64,000 nucleotides of DNA from NCBI GenBank assembly GCA_033763315.1, contig JANRKS010000017.1, positions 97,597 to 161,596 of the forward strand, read 5' to 3'. The translations under genes were made by a program, and so were the position numbers. The notes beneath the pieces are model-generated. The model was not told the origin of the DNA and made no database searches. It worked only from the letters and a program-made list of their open reading frames with translations. Shown here piece after piece: positions 18,656-27,385 of this stretch. Numbering within the stretch: position 1 is the stretch's first letter; each line of letters opens with the position of its first letter. The stretch is from Deltaproteobacteria bacterium. Its GTDB lineage: Bacteria; Myxococcota_A; Polyangia; Fen-1088.

Positions 18656-19921
18656 ATGCATCGAAGGCTGTTTGTGATGCCGGTTTTTGTGGCGCTCATA
18701 TCTTGTGCGCCGAGCGTCGAAGGCACGCCACCCACCGAGCCCAATACCAACGGAGGACAAGGCGGCCAGAATGTGGCCACGGGGCAAGGCGGACAAACAC
18801 AAACCGTAGGCGGACAAGCTGGTGCTGCAAGCGGTGGAAGCGGAGGATCGACACAGGGAGGAGGCGCCGCAGGCTCAGGTGGCGTAGCGATGCCCAATAC
18901 GGGAGGCGCTGCGGGAAGTGTTTCCGTCACAGGGCCAAAGGACACGCGCGCCGTCGTGCGTGCATCAGTTTCCGGCTATGTGTTGCAAGTCGAGCGCAAG
19001 GGCGCTGATGGCAAAACGGCCACAGCCCCTTTTGATATGCGGGGGATCTGTTGGAGCCCCGCAGTCAAGGGTGGCGGACAACCAAACGACGCCGCGTTTG
19101 CCGAGTGGACTGACAAAGACTTCGCGCTGATGGAGGGCGCGAACATCAACACGGTCAAGTCTTACGGCGTCTTGAGTCGTCAGGTGTTGGACAAGATGCT
19201 GGCCCACGGAATCGTCGCCGTGGTGACCGTGCTTGTGCGTGCAGGAGACAACTATGCGGCGGCTGTAAACGCGATCAAAGATCACCCCGCCGTTTTGATG
19301 TGGTTGGTGGGCAACGAGTGGAACTACAACAACCTCTACGGCAGCTGCAATGGCGATGGTTGTTACGACGTTATCAACAACGCCGCCAAGGAAATAAAGC
19401 GGCTGGACCCAAACCATCCGGTGGCGACTTCGTTTGCGCCGCGAGGTGAGATTCCTACGGCCGATGATCTCAAACGGCTCAATGCCATCGATGTGTGGGG
19501 ACTCAATATCTATTCCCAGCCGGGCTTTTTCGGCCGGTTTAGCGCATGGAAGGCTCTTGGCGAGGAAACGGGCATCAAGAAGCCCTTCTTCATGAGCGAG
19601 TACGGTCTCGACGCGTTCGACGAAAAGCAGGGGCGCGAGAATCAACCGGGTCATGCGCAAGGCCTGCGCGTGCAAACGGCCGAGATACGGGCGCAGCTAA
19701 GTGCGCGCAACACAAACTTACCGTGCATCGGCGGGACGCCCTTTGAGTGGAGCGACGAATGGTGGAAGTCAGGCGCGCCGGGCAGCCAAGATCGCGGCGG
19801 CTTTCCCAACATAGGCGTGGCGATGGACCAGTTCGCAAACGAGGAGTGGTGGGGCGTTGTGGACATTGATCGCAAACCACGCACGGCTTACGGAGTCCTT
19901 CGCGACCTTTACGGCCGCTAG
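18656..19921 (+). CDS. Clan GH-A TIM-barrel glycoside hydrolase lipoprotein (GH2 TIM-barrel-like; possibly a GH158-type beta-1,3-glucanase)
   Basis: Acid/base motif WLVGNEWNY; nucleophile motif FMSEYG; FEWSDEWWK; NEEWWG; AGGAG RBS; lipobox LISC. Confidence 0.8.
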   Translation: MHRRLFVMPVFVALISCAPSVEGTPPTEPNTNGGQGGQNVATGQGGQTQTVGGQAGAASGGSGGSTQGGGAAGSGGVAMPNTGGAAGSVSVTGPKDTRAVVRASVSGYVLQVERKGADGKTATAPFDMRGICWSPAVKGGGQPNDAAFAEWTDKDFALMEGANINTVKSYGVLSRQVLDKMLAHGIVAVVTVLVRAGDNYAAAVNAIKDHPAVLMWLVGNEWNYNNLYGSCNGDGCYDVINNAAKEIKRLDPNHPVATSFAPRGEIPTADDLKRLNAIDVWGLNIYSQPGFFGRFSAWKALGEETGIKKPFFMSEYGLDAFDEKQGRENQPGHAQGLRVQTAEIRAQLSARNTNLPCIGGTPFEWSDEWWKSGAPGSQDRGGFPNIGVAMDQFANEEWWGVVDIDRKPRTAYGVLRDLYGR

Positions 19922-19940
19922 CCTTTCACGAAAGACCAAG

Positions 19941-20552
19941 ATGCAAATCGGACGAGCGTCGTGCCCGTGGGGCCTGGCTTTACTCATGAGCGCTGGGTGT
20001 GGCGTGGAAGCCATCACCCCTCCCGCCGAACCCATCGCTTTGCCGATGGTGGTCTCGGACTTTTTCTCGCCCGACGGTTTTTGGGGCGACGGTGAAAAGC
20101 GTGGCTCGCTTGACCTACAGCGCGATTGCCCTTCGCGCGCCGCTGGCGCGGTGGGGGATTGTTACCGAGTGAGCTATCTGCCGGGGGCCAAGCGCTACGC
20201 GGGCATCAACTGGCAATACCCTCACAACAACTGGGGCTTCTGGCCGGGGCGAAAGATCGCTCCCGGAGCCACGAAGATCACGTTCAAAGCACGCGGTGCC
20301 AAGGGTGGCGAGGCTGTGGGTTTTGGCGCCGGGCAAGCAGACGACATGAACGGCTATGGCGATAGCTTCTCGATCTCTCCCCAAACCTTGCAGCTGACCA
20401 ATAGCTGGCAGTCGTTCAAGGTGGACTTCTTGGGTGAGGACTACGGGAGAAGCCCGAGCGGAGTCATTGGTGCGTTCATCGCGTCTCCCGCGCCGGGTGA
20501 AGGAGAAGAGCTGGTTGAATTTTTCCTTGATGATCTGAAGTGGGAACGATGA
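19941..20552 (+). CDS. Lipoprotein with putative carbohydrate-binding domain, paralog 2
   Basis: Lipobox SAGC; PDGFWGD...YAGINWQYPHNNWG...ITFKARGAKGGE motif. Confidence 0.7.
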   Translation: MQIGRASCPWGLALLMSAGCGVEAITPPAEPIALPMVVSDFFSPDGFWGDGEKRGSLDLQRDCPSRAAGAVGDCYRVSYLPGAKRYAGINWQYPHNNWGFWPGRKIAPGATKITFKARGAKGGEAVGFGAGQADDMNGYGDSFSISPQTLQLTNSWQSFKVDFLGEDYGRSPSGVIGAFIASPAPGEGEELVEFFLDDLKWER

Positions 20553-22285
20553 GCAAATTTTCACTGTGTCTGTTGCTGGGAATGCTCGGGTTCTCTTCAA
20601 CAGCGTTCAGCCAAGAGGCCACCCGAAGCAATCCGTTCGCGTGCTACGGTGCCGCAGAGTCGCTTGTGCAGGGCCTTTCGGCGGCGCAGATCGCCGATCT
20701 GGTCAAATCGCGGCTAGAGGCGCCGCCGTCAGCCACCGAAGGCACCTTCGACGCGGCCAACTGGCATTGCACCAATGGTGAATTGATGCGTCGGGTGGGT
20801 GACACACGTGCGGCCGCCTCGTACGCCAAGGTCATCGAGATCGATCCGCAAGAGCCTGGTTGGGAACTTTGGTATGGTTTGTACCTGCGCAACACACGCG
20901 GCGCGGCCCACCCGCTGCTCGAGCAGGCCGAAGTCCACTACTACGCGGCGCTCGCCAAACTCTCCGCGCTGGCGGAACGTGGTGCGGAAATGCCGTTTGA
21001 CGCCACCACGAAGGATTGGGTGCAACGTGGTCTCAATATTGTGTATGGCGAGGCGGGTCTGCCGCTGTTTGGGCGTGCATACCCTTACGACGGAGGCAAG
21101 CCGTTCTTGTCGGTGGCGTTTACCTCCATGCTGCGAACCTCGGTGGATACAAACGAGGCAGGCACAGTGGACGATGTGCGGCGGTTTGCTTCGGAGGCTT
21201 CATTCTCCATCTCGGCGCAGCGCTTGAACCGCGCGCTGACGCCGGCGGAGCTCGAAGGCATCGTTCGCACGCCCTTACGTTTGGATTTCTACAATCGGCT
21301 GCGTTTGCGTCTCGGACAGCTGGGTGCGATTGATGTTTCCTATGACGTGTTTCGCGCTTACAAGAGTCAAATCACGCGGTACACCGAACCCAACAACCTT
21401 GGCGACGTGTCGGTTGAACAAGCGGGACTATCTTTCCAACGCACGCTTGACCTCTATTCGCTGTTCGACCTGCATATTGAGGGCGGCTATCGACGCGTGA
21501 GCCGCGTGGGTGTGGTGGAATGGTTCCCGGATCTGCGCGAGAACATCAACATGTACGAAGCGCATCCCGCGATCTCACGCTTTTTGGGGCCCGACAAGCT
21601 GACGGTGGGCATGCACTATGTTTTTATGGACATTCCGTTTGTCCCCGGCGGTTTGCTTGAAGATCGCTTTCGCGAACGTGCGATACGCGCGTTCTATTTC
21701 GACTACGCCTTCTACCGCCCCTTGGTGTTGCCTGATCCCGATACCTGGCGCCTGCGTCGGCAATTTACCCGGGGCGTGCATGTGTATGGAGGCTACGCGA
21801 TGGACGATGAAGTGTGGGGCATCCGCGAAGTTCAGCGCCGGGACACTTACCTCGGCAGCACGTTCAAGGGCTTTGCCGGCTTCGATCTCACTTTGCAACT
21901 CACCACTTTGACGTCGCTCACCGACATCACGACATTTACGGGCGAATCCTATGTGGATCCGATTCAAACCAATAAGCACTTTCGGTCCACGGCCATCTTG
22001 CTTTACCGCATCGTCGACGAAGACACGATGCCTGGCATGCCAGCTTCGAGTTTGGCGATGATGAACCTGGTTTTTCCAGTGCGGGCCGACTTTACATACA
22101 AGGGCTGGAACGCCTATGAGAACGTTCGTGCCGGCGCCGAGTTGTGGAGCAAGTTCGTGTGGAAGGGCCTTCGCGGCACCAACTTCTTGCTGACCGCAGG
22201 CTACGACATTCAATACTTTCATCGCGTGGAGCGCCTTGTGCACATGGGCCATCTGGATTTGCGGATGGGATGGAACTACCTGTGA
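20549..22285 (+). CDS. Exported protein with TPR-like N-terminus and predicted outer-membrane beta-barrel, paralog 2
   Basis: Signal peptide ending AFS-Q; ATGA overlap; NPFACYGA vs NPYACLGA in paralog 1; ends DLRMGWNYL. Confidence 0.7.
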   Translation: MSKFSLCLLLGMLGFSSTAFSQEATRSNPFACYGAAESLVQGLSAAQIADLVKSRLEAPPSATEGTFDAANWHCTNGELMRRVGDTRAAASYAKVIEIDPQEPGWELWYGLYLRNTRGAAHPLLEQAEVHYYAALAKLSALAERGAEMPFDATTKDWVQRGLNIVYGEAGLPLFGRAYPYDGGKPFLSVAFTSMLRTSVDTNEAGTVDDVRRFASEASFSISAQRLNRALTPAELEGIVRTPLRLDFYNRLRLRLGQLGAIDVSYDVFRAYKSQITRYTEPNNLGDVSVEQAGLSFQRTLDLYSLFDLHIEGGYRRVSRVGVVEWFPDLRENINMYEAHPAISRFLGPDKLTVGMHYVFMDIPFVPGGLLEDRFRERAIRAFYFDYAFYRPLVLPDPDTWRLRRQFTRGVHVYGGYAMDDEVWGIREVQRRDTYLGSTFKGFAGFDLTLQLTTLTSLTDITTFTGESYVDPIQTNKHFRSTAILLYRIVDEDTMPGMPASSLAMMNLVFPVRADFTYKGWNAYENVRAGAELWSKFVWKGLRGTNFLLTAGYDIQYFHRVERLVHMGHLDLRMGWNYL

Positions 22286-24618
22286 AGGCATTGCTTTGTT
22301 GCTCTGTTGTCGTTGCATTTACGGGTTGCACGGGCGCCCAGCGTTCCGACGGCGTGGCGGCCAAACGGGTGGAGCCCCATCTGTTGCAGCCTGTGGGGCG
22401 TGCCGCCTATTTGAAGGCGATTCCCGACGGTGAACACCCGCCCTCCAATTTTGCGGGTGTGCCGGTGATGCCCAAGTTCTCTCCCGGCACCACGCAGATG
22501 CCGGTGAGCAATGATTGGTGGTCATCCCTGCTGTGGCAGTTCGATTTTCAGGGCAAGCCGAATCCCTATTCGCAACCTCTGTTTGCGCATCCCTTGGCGG
22601 CGCAGGCGCAAGCGGATGGGTTAAGCATTGGCTATCCTGATGTAGCCGAGGTGAAAGAGCGCACCTTCCTTTATCCGTTTAAGCCAGACTTATTGGTGGG
22701 CGTGAACGGTTTGGCGGCGCCACGGACCACCGTTGAAGCCTACGGCGATTGGACTGTGACGGCGGCGTGGCGTAACGAGGCCAAAGAGGGTGCGTTTGCA
22801 CAGCTGTTGGCCACACTGGGGCACGGTCTACCCTTCGTGTATTTGACCGCGCAAGGTGGGAACGCCTTGCTGCACGCGACCGCGGAAGTGCAATTATGGT
22901 ACGACAAGCCGGGCGTCATGGGCCTGACCATAAACGATCACCATTATGGCGTGTTCACTCCGGCTGGCGCCCACTGGAGCCGGCAAGCGCGTGCGTTTAC
23001 GTCAAACTTGAACGGCAAAGACTTTTTCTCCGTCGCGGTGTTGCCCGACAACACGCCGGCCACTTTGGCGCTTTACCAAAGGCACGCGTTCGCCTTTGTG
23101 AAGAATAGCCGTGTGGCCTGGACCTACGATCGCAAAAGCGCGCGCGTCTCAAGTCGCTTTAGTTTCGATATCGAAAACAAACAAGCAGGTCCGGGCTTTT
23201 CTTCCGATCCCCTTGTGGCCCTCTATCCTCACCAGTGGAAGCACACGTCCCAAAAACTGGCGCCGTTTACGTATGCGTCTTCGAGGGGAACGATGAAGGT
23301 GGCCGAGACGTCGACCTTTAGCACGGACCTTGCGTTCCACGGGGTTTTGCCAGCCCTGGCTGCGCCCCCTGTAGATGATGACTTCTATGTGAAGTCCGAT
23401 CTGCAAGACGCTGTTCGCGCAGAATTGCGCCGTGCCGATCTGTTTCCCCCCGGCCCCGAGCAAACCAACGGCACCTACTGGAACGGAAAGTCATTGATGC
23501 GCGTGGCGCAGCTGGCTTGGATCGCCGACCAAATCGGCGACGGTGAGTCACGTGATCGCGCTGTGGCCGCTGTACGAAAGCAAATGGAAGCGTGGTTCGA
23601 TGGCCAGCCACCCGAGGCCTTCTTTTACGAGAGCCACTGGCGGACGCTGCTGGGCACGCCGGCCGAATACCGCACGGGATGGGAAATGAATGACCATCAT
23701 TTTCACTACGGCTATTTCCTTTACGCGGCAGCGACCTTGGCCAAATTCGATCCCTCGTGGGTACAGCCCGAGGCGTATGGGCAGATGGTAGATCTGCTGA
23801 TGAAGGACGCGGCCAACACGGATCGCGATGACACGCAGTTTCCGTTTCTACGACACTTCGATCCGTACGCCGGCCACTCGTGGGCCAATGGCCCGTCGCT
23901 GTTCGCCGAAGGCAACAACGAAGAGTCCTCATCGGAGGATGTGAACTTTGCCGTGGGTGTGCTGCTGTGGGGCGCGCTTACGCAGCGACCTGAGGTTGAG
24001 GCGTTGGGCGCGTACCTGTACACGAACGTGGTCGCCGCCATCGAGAACTATTGGTTCAACATGGATCACGACGTGTTTCCAGCCGCGTTCAAGAAGCCTG
24101 TGGTGGCGATGGTGTGGGGCAGCGGTGGCAAATACGACACCTGGTGGGATCGCAACCCGATCTACGTCCACGGCATCAATATGTTGCCGTTCTCGGGTGG
24201 CTCTTTATACCTTGGCTATCACCCGGGGTTCGTGAAGGAGAATTACCAGTATCTCGTGCAGGCGAACCGCGGCGACGTGCTTTTGTGGCGTGACATTATT
24301 TGGATGTATTTGGCGCTTTCGGATCCAGCGGAAGCGGCGCGCCTCTACAAAAAGGACCGCTATTTCGATCCGGAGTTTGGCAATTCACACGCGTTTCTCT
24401 ACCACTGGATCGCGTCGCTGCGACGGGCCGGCGCCGTGAACACGGACGTGACGGCTGATGCACCCACGTTCGCCGTGTTCCGCCGCAACAACCAGAATAC
24501 TTACGTGGGATTCAACCCCACTGCCGAAGCACGCACCCTCAGCTTTTCAGATGGCACCACGATGTCATTGCGGCCGCTTGAGTTGCAAAGCCGCACGCAG
24601 GGAGCGGGCAAGCGATGA
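22282..24618 (+). CDS. GH81 endo-1,3-beta-glucanase, lipoprotein
   Basis: GH81 motifs SNDWWSS, NDHHFHYGY, FDPYAGHSWANG, EESSSE and HGINMLP; lipobox FTGC; GTGA overlap. Confidence 0.93.
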   Translation: MKALLCCSVVVAFTGCTGAQRSDGVAAKRVEPHLLQPVGRAAYLKAIPDGEHPPSNFAGVPVMPKFSPGTTQMPVSNDWWSSLLWQFDFQGKPNPYSQPLFAHPLAAQAQADGLSIGYPDVAEVKERTFLYPFKPDLLVGVNGLAAPRTTVEAYGDWTVTAAWRNEAKEGAFAQLLATLGHGLPFVYLTAQGGNALLHATAEVQLWYDKPGVMGLTINDHHYGVFTPAGAHWSRQARAFTSNLNGKDFFSVAVLPDNTPATLALYQRHAFAFVKNSRVAWTYDRKSARVSSRFSFDIENKQAGPGFSSDPLVALYPHQWKHTSQKLAPFTYASSRGTMKVAETSTFSTDLAFHGVLPALAAPPVDDDFYVKSDLQDAVRAELRRADLFPPGPEQTNGTYWNGKSLMRVAQLAWIADQIGDGESRDRAVAAVRKQMEAWFDGQPPEAFFYESHWRTLLGTPAEYRTGWEMNDHHFHYGYFLYAAATLAKFDPSWVQPEAYGQMVDLLMKDAANTDRDDTQFPFLRHFDPYAGHSWANGPSLFAEGNNEESSSEDVNFAVGVLLWGALTQRPEVEALGAYLYTNVVAAIENYWFNMDHDVFPAAFKKPVVAMVWGSGGKYDTWWDRNPIYVHGINMLPFSGGSLYLGYHPGFVKENYQYLVQANRGDVLLWRDIIWMYLALSDPAEAARLYKKDRYFDPEFGNSHAFLYHWIASLRRAGAVNTDVTADAPTFAVFRRNNQNTYVGFNPTAEARTLSFSDGTTMSLRPLELQSRTQGAGKR

Positions 24619-25415
24619 AGGGGGGCGCCATTTTACCCACCCTGATTTTGTTGACCGTCGGCGCTTGCGGCGGCAGTGAACCGATCAACGAGTGGATCCC
24701 CACGTTTGCGGATGAGTTCGATGGACCAGCCGGGCCTCCGGACGTATCCAAGTGGACGCCGGAGGTCAATGGTCGTGGCGGGGGCAACCAAGAGCTTCAA
24801 TTCTACTCCGACCGACCCGACAACCTGCGCGTGAACGGGATGGGTCAACTGTCGATCACCGCGCGACGCGAGGCCTTCGAGGCGCGCGACTTTACCTCGG
24901 CGCGGATCAACACGCAGGGCAAGTTCGAGCAACAGAACGGCCGCTTTGAGACGCGCATGAAGCTGCCCAAAGGCAAGGGCTACTGGCCGGCGTTTTGGAT
25001 GTTGGGAGGCAATTTCGACGACATTGGCTGGCCCAAATGCGGGGAGATCGACGTCATGGAAAACCGCGGTGCCATTCCCTCGACAGTGCTTAGTTCTTTG
25101 CACGGACCTGGCTATCAAGGTGGCAACGCAATCACGGAGCTCTTTCGTCTGAACGAGGGGACGTTTGCCGATGAATTTCACGTGTTCAGTGTGGAATGGG
25201 AAGCCGAACGGATTCGCTTCTCTGTCGACGGAACCAGCTATCACACTGTTGAACGCGCTGGCATGCGCTCTGGTGCCACTTGGGTGTTCGACCACCCATT
25301 TTTCATGATTTTAAACCTTGCGGTGGGGGGAACGTTTGGTGGTGAGCCAAACGCCGACACCGTGTTTCCCCAAGAGTTGCTGGTGGATTGGGTGCGCGCC
25401 TACCGTCGCCGGTGA
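24615..25415 (+). CDS. GH16 laminarinase-type endo-1,3-beta-glucanase, lipoprotein
   Basis: Motifs WPAFWMLG, WPKCGEIDVME and ILNLAVGG; lipobox VGAC. Confidence 0.93.
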   Translation: MKGGAILPTLILLTVGACGGSEPINEWIPTFADEFDGPAGPPDVSKWTPEVNGRGGGNQELQFYSDRPDNLRVNGMGQLSITARREAFEARDFTSARINTQGKFEQQNGRFETRMKLPKGKGYWPAFWMLGGNFDDIGWPKCGEIDVMENRGAIPSTVLSSLHGPGYQGGNAITELFRLNEGTFADEFHVFSVEWEAERIRFSVDGTSYHTVERAGMRSGATWVFDHPFFMILNLAVGGTFGGEPNADTVFPQELLVDWVRAYRRR

Positions 25416-25495
25416 CGTGGTGGTGGGCGCGCCAGCTGTGAGGCACGCAACAGGCGGCGCCTGGCGGCTGTTCTCGAAAACGGCACCGAACGCGT

Positions 25496-27379
25496 TTGGT
25501 TGCGGAGGTCTATCCCATTCCGAAACACTCCGGGTTCAACAGAGGCGCGGCCGTTCTCGTTTTGTCATGGGCCACAGGTGGGTGCGTTATGCCAGGGGGC
25601 GGCGCCGTGGGAGGTGTGGCCCCGAACGTGAAGGAAACGCAGGCCGACGAAGCGCCAGTGCCTTTGGTGTTCGTGAACCAAACGGGATACTTGCCTGGCC
25701 GCCCAAAGCTCGGGGTTGTGCGCACCGACGTGGTCACGCCTTTGCCGTACACTGTCCGCGATGGTGCGCAGCAGGTTGTCTTTCAAGGACAAACAAGGCC
25801 GTTTGGCAAAGATCCCGCGTCCGGCCTGACCGTGCATCGCATCGACTTCACTGCGTACCAAAAGGAGGGAAAGAGCTTCACGTTGCAAGTTGAGACAACT
25901 CCGCCTGAACGCAGCCATCCTTTTGATCTCGCCAAGGATGTTTACGCCCCGTTGAAATACGACGCGCTCGCGTTTTTCTATCACCAGCGCAGTGGTGTGC
26001 CGATTGAGCTGCCGTATGCCGGTCAAAGCCAGTGGGTGAGGCCCGCGGGTCACGTCAACGATGATGCGGTTCCGTGCTTGCCGGGGTCGGGGTGCGATTA
26101 CGAGCTGAACGTCAAGGGCGGTTGGTACGATGCGGGCGACCACGGCAAGTATGTCGTCAACGGCGGCGTTTCGGTTTGGTTGTTACAGGCCCTGTGGGAA
26201 CGATCTACGATCGTTGGCGCCGAGGCGGCCAAAGCGTTTGGTGACGGTGCCGTAAACATTCCTGAACGCACGAACGGCTTTCCCGATCTCCTGGACGAGG
26301 CCAGGATTGAGCTTGAATTCATGCTGCGCATGCAGGTGCCCAAAGGCGAGCCTCTGGCAGGCATGGTGCACCACAAGATGCACGATCGGGCTTGGACGGC
26401 TTTAGGGTTGCCACCGCATCTCGATAAGCAACCGCGCTTTTTGCACAAGCCAACGACCGCGGCCACCTTGAACCTGGCCGCCGTGGCCGCGCAAGCTTCT
26501 CGCCTGTGGAAGACGCTGGATCCAAAATTCTCTGGCCGGTGTTTACGAGCCGCCAAACGAGCGTTTGCCGCCGCCCACGCACACCCCGCCATGTTTGCGG
26601 CGAAGCAAGGGCAGGGCGGGGGCCCGTATGACGACGACGACGTCAGCGACGAACGTTACTGGGCTGCGGCCGAACTGTTCATCACAACCGGCCTAGACGC
26701 CTACCTAGAAGTGGTCCGCCAACGGCCCCTTCACGCTAGCCTGTTTGGTGAATCACCGGTACCCGCCAGTGGGGCGTGTTTCTCGTGGCAAAGCACCGCG
26801 GCCCTCGGGGCCTTCTCATTGGCAATGACGTCAAGCCCGTTGCCCGAAAGCGATCGAGAAGCGCTTCGTGCACAAGTGCAGAAAACGGCCGACGAAATCT
26901 TGCACGTTATCGAGGAACAAGCGTTCGCTTCACCTTTGCGCCCGGGCCCGAAGGGCTATGTGTGGGGCTCGAATGGCGACGCTCTTAGCAACCTTGTGGC
27001 CGTGACCTTGGCGTATGACTTCACAAAGGGCAGCCACTACGCGGACGCTGTGTCTACCGCCATAGGCTACCTACTGGGCCGCAACCCACTCGATAAATCA
27101 TACGTCGCTGGGTACGGGGAGCGTCCTTTGCGCAACCCACACCACCGGTTTTGGGCCCAACAACTGAGCAGCCGCTACCCACCGCCACCGCCGGGCGCCG
27201 TGTCGGGTGGCCCCAACTCTGAATTGCAAGATCCCGTGGCACGCAGGGCTGGCCTTCGCGGCTGTGCGCCGCAAGCGTGTTACGTGGACCACAGCGGGGC
27301 GTATTCCGTCAACGAGGTGGCCATCAACTGGAACGCCCCGCTTGTGTGGGTGGCGGCGTTCTTGGATGAATTGCGCTGA
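25496..27379 (+). CDS. GH9 endoglucanase with N-terminal Ig-like domain, probable lipoprotein; start uncertain
   Basis: Motifs VNQTGYLP, GGWYDAGDHGKY, PHHR and NEVAINWNAP; possible lipobox TGGC. Confidence 0.93.
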   Translation: MVAEVYPIPKHSGFNRGAAVLVLSWATGGCVMPGGGAVGGVAPNVKETQADEAPVPLVFVNQTGYLPGRPKLGVVRTDVVTPLPYTVRDGAQQVVFQGQTRPFGKDPASGLTVHRIDFTAYQKEGKSFTLQVETTPPERSHPFDLAKDVYAPLKYDALAFFYHQRSGVPIELPYAGQSQWVRPAGHVNDDAVPCLPGSGCDYELNVKGGWYDAGDHGKYVVNGGVSVWLLQALWERSTIVGAEAAKAFGDGAVNIPERTNGFPDLLDEARIELEFMLRMQVPKGEPLAGMVHHKMHDRAWTALGLPPHLDKQPRFLHKPTTAATLNLAAVAAQASRLWKTLDPKFSGRCLRAAKRAFAAAHAHPAMFAAKQGQGGGPYDDDDVSDERYWAAAELFITTGLDAYLEVVRQRPLHASLFGESPVPASGACFSWQSTAALGAFSLAMTSSPLPESDREALRAQVQKTADEILHVIEEQAFASPLRPGPKGYVWGSNGDALSNLVAVTLAYDFTKGSHYADAVSTAIGYLLGRNPLDKSYVAGYGERPLRNPHHRFWAQQLSSRYPPPPPGAVSGGPNSELQDPVARRAGLRGCAPQACYVDHSGAYSVNEVAINWNAPLVWVAAFLDELR

Positions 27380-27385
27380 ACGGAC

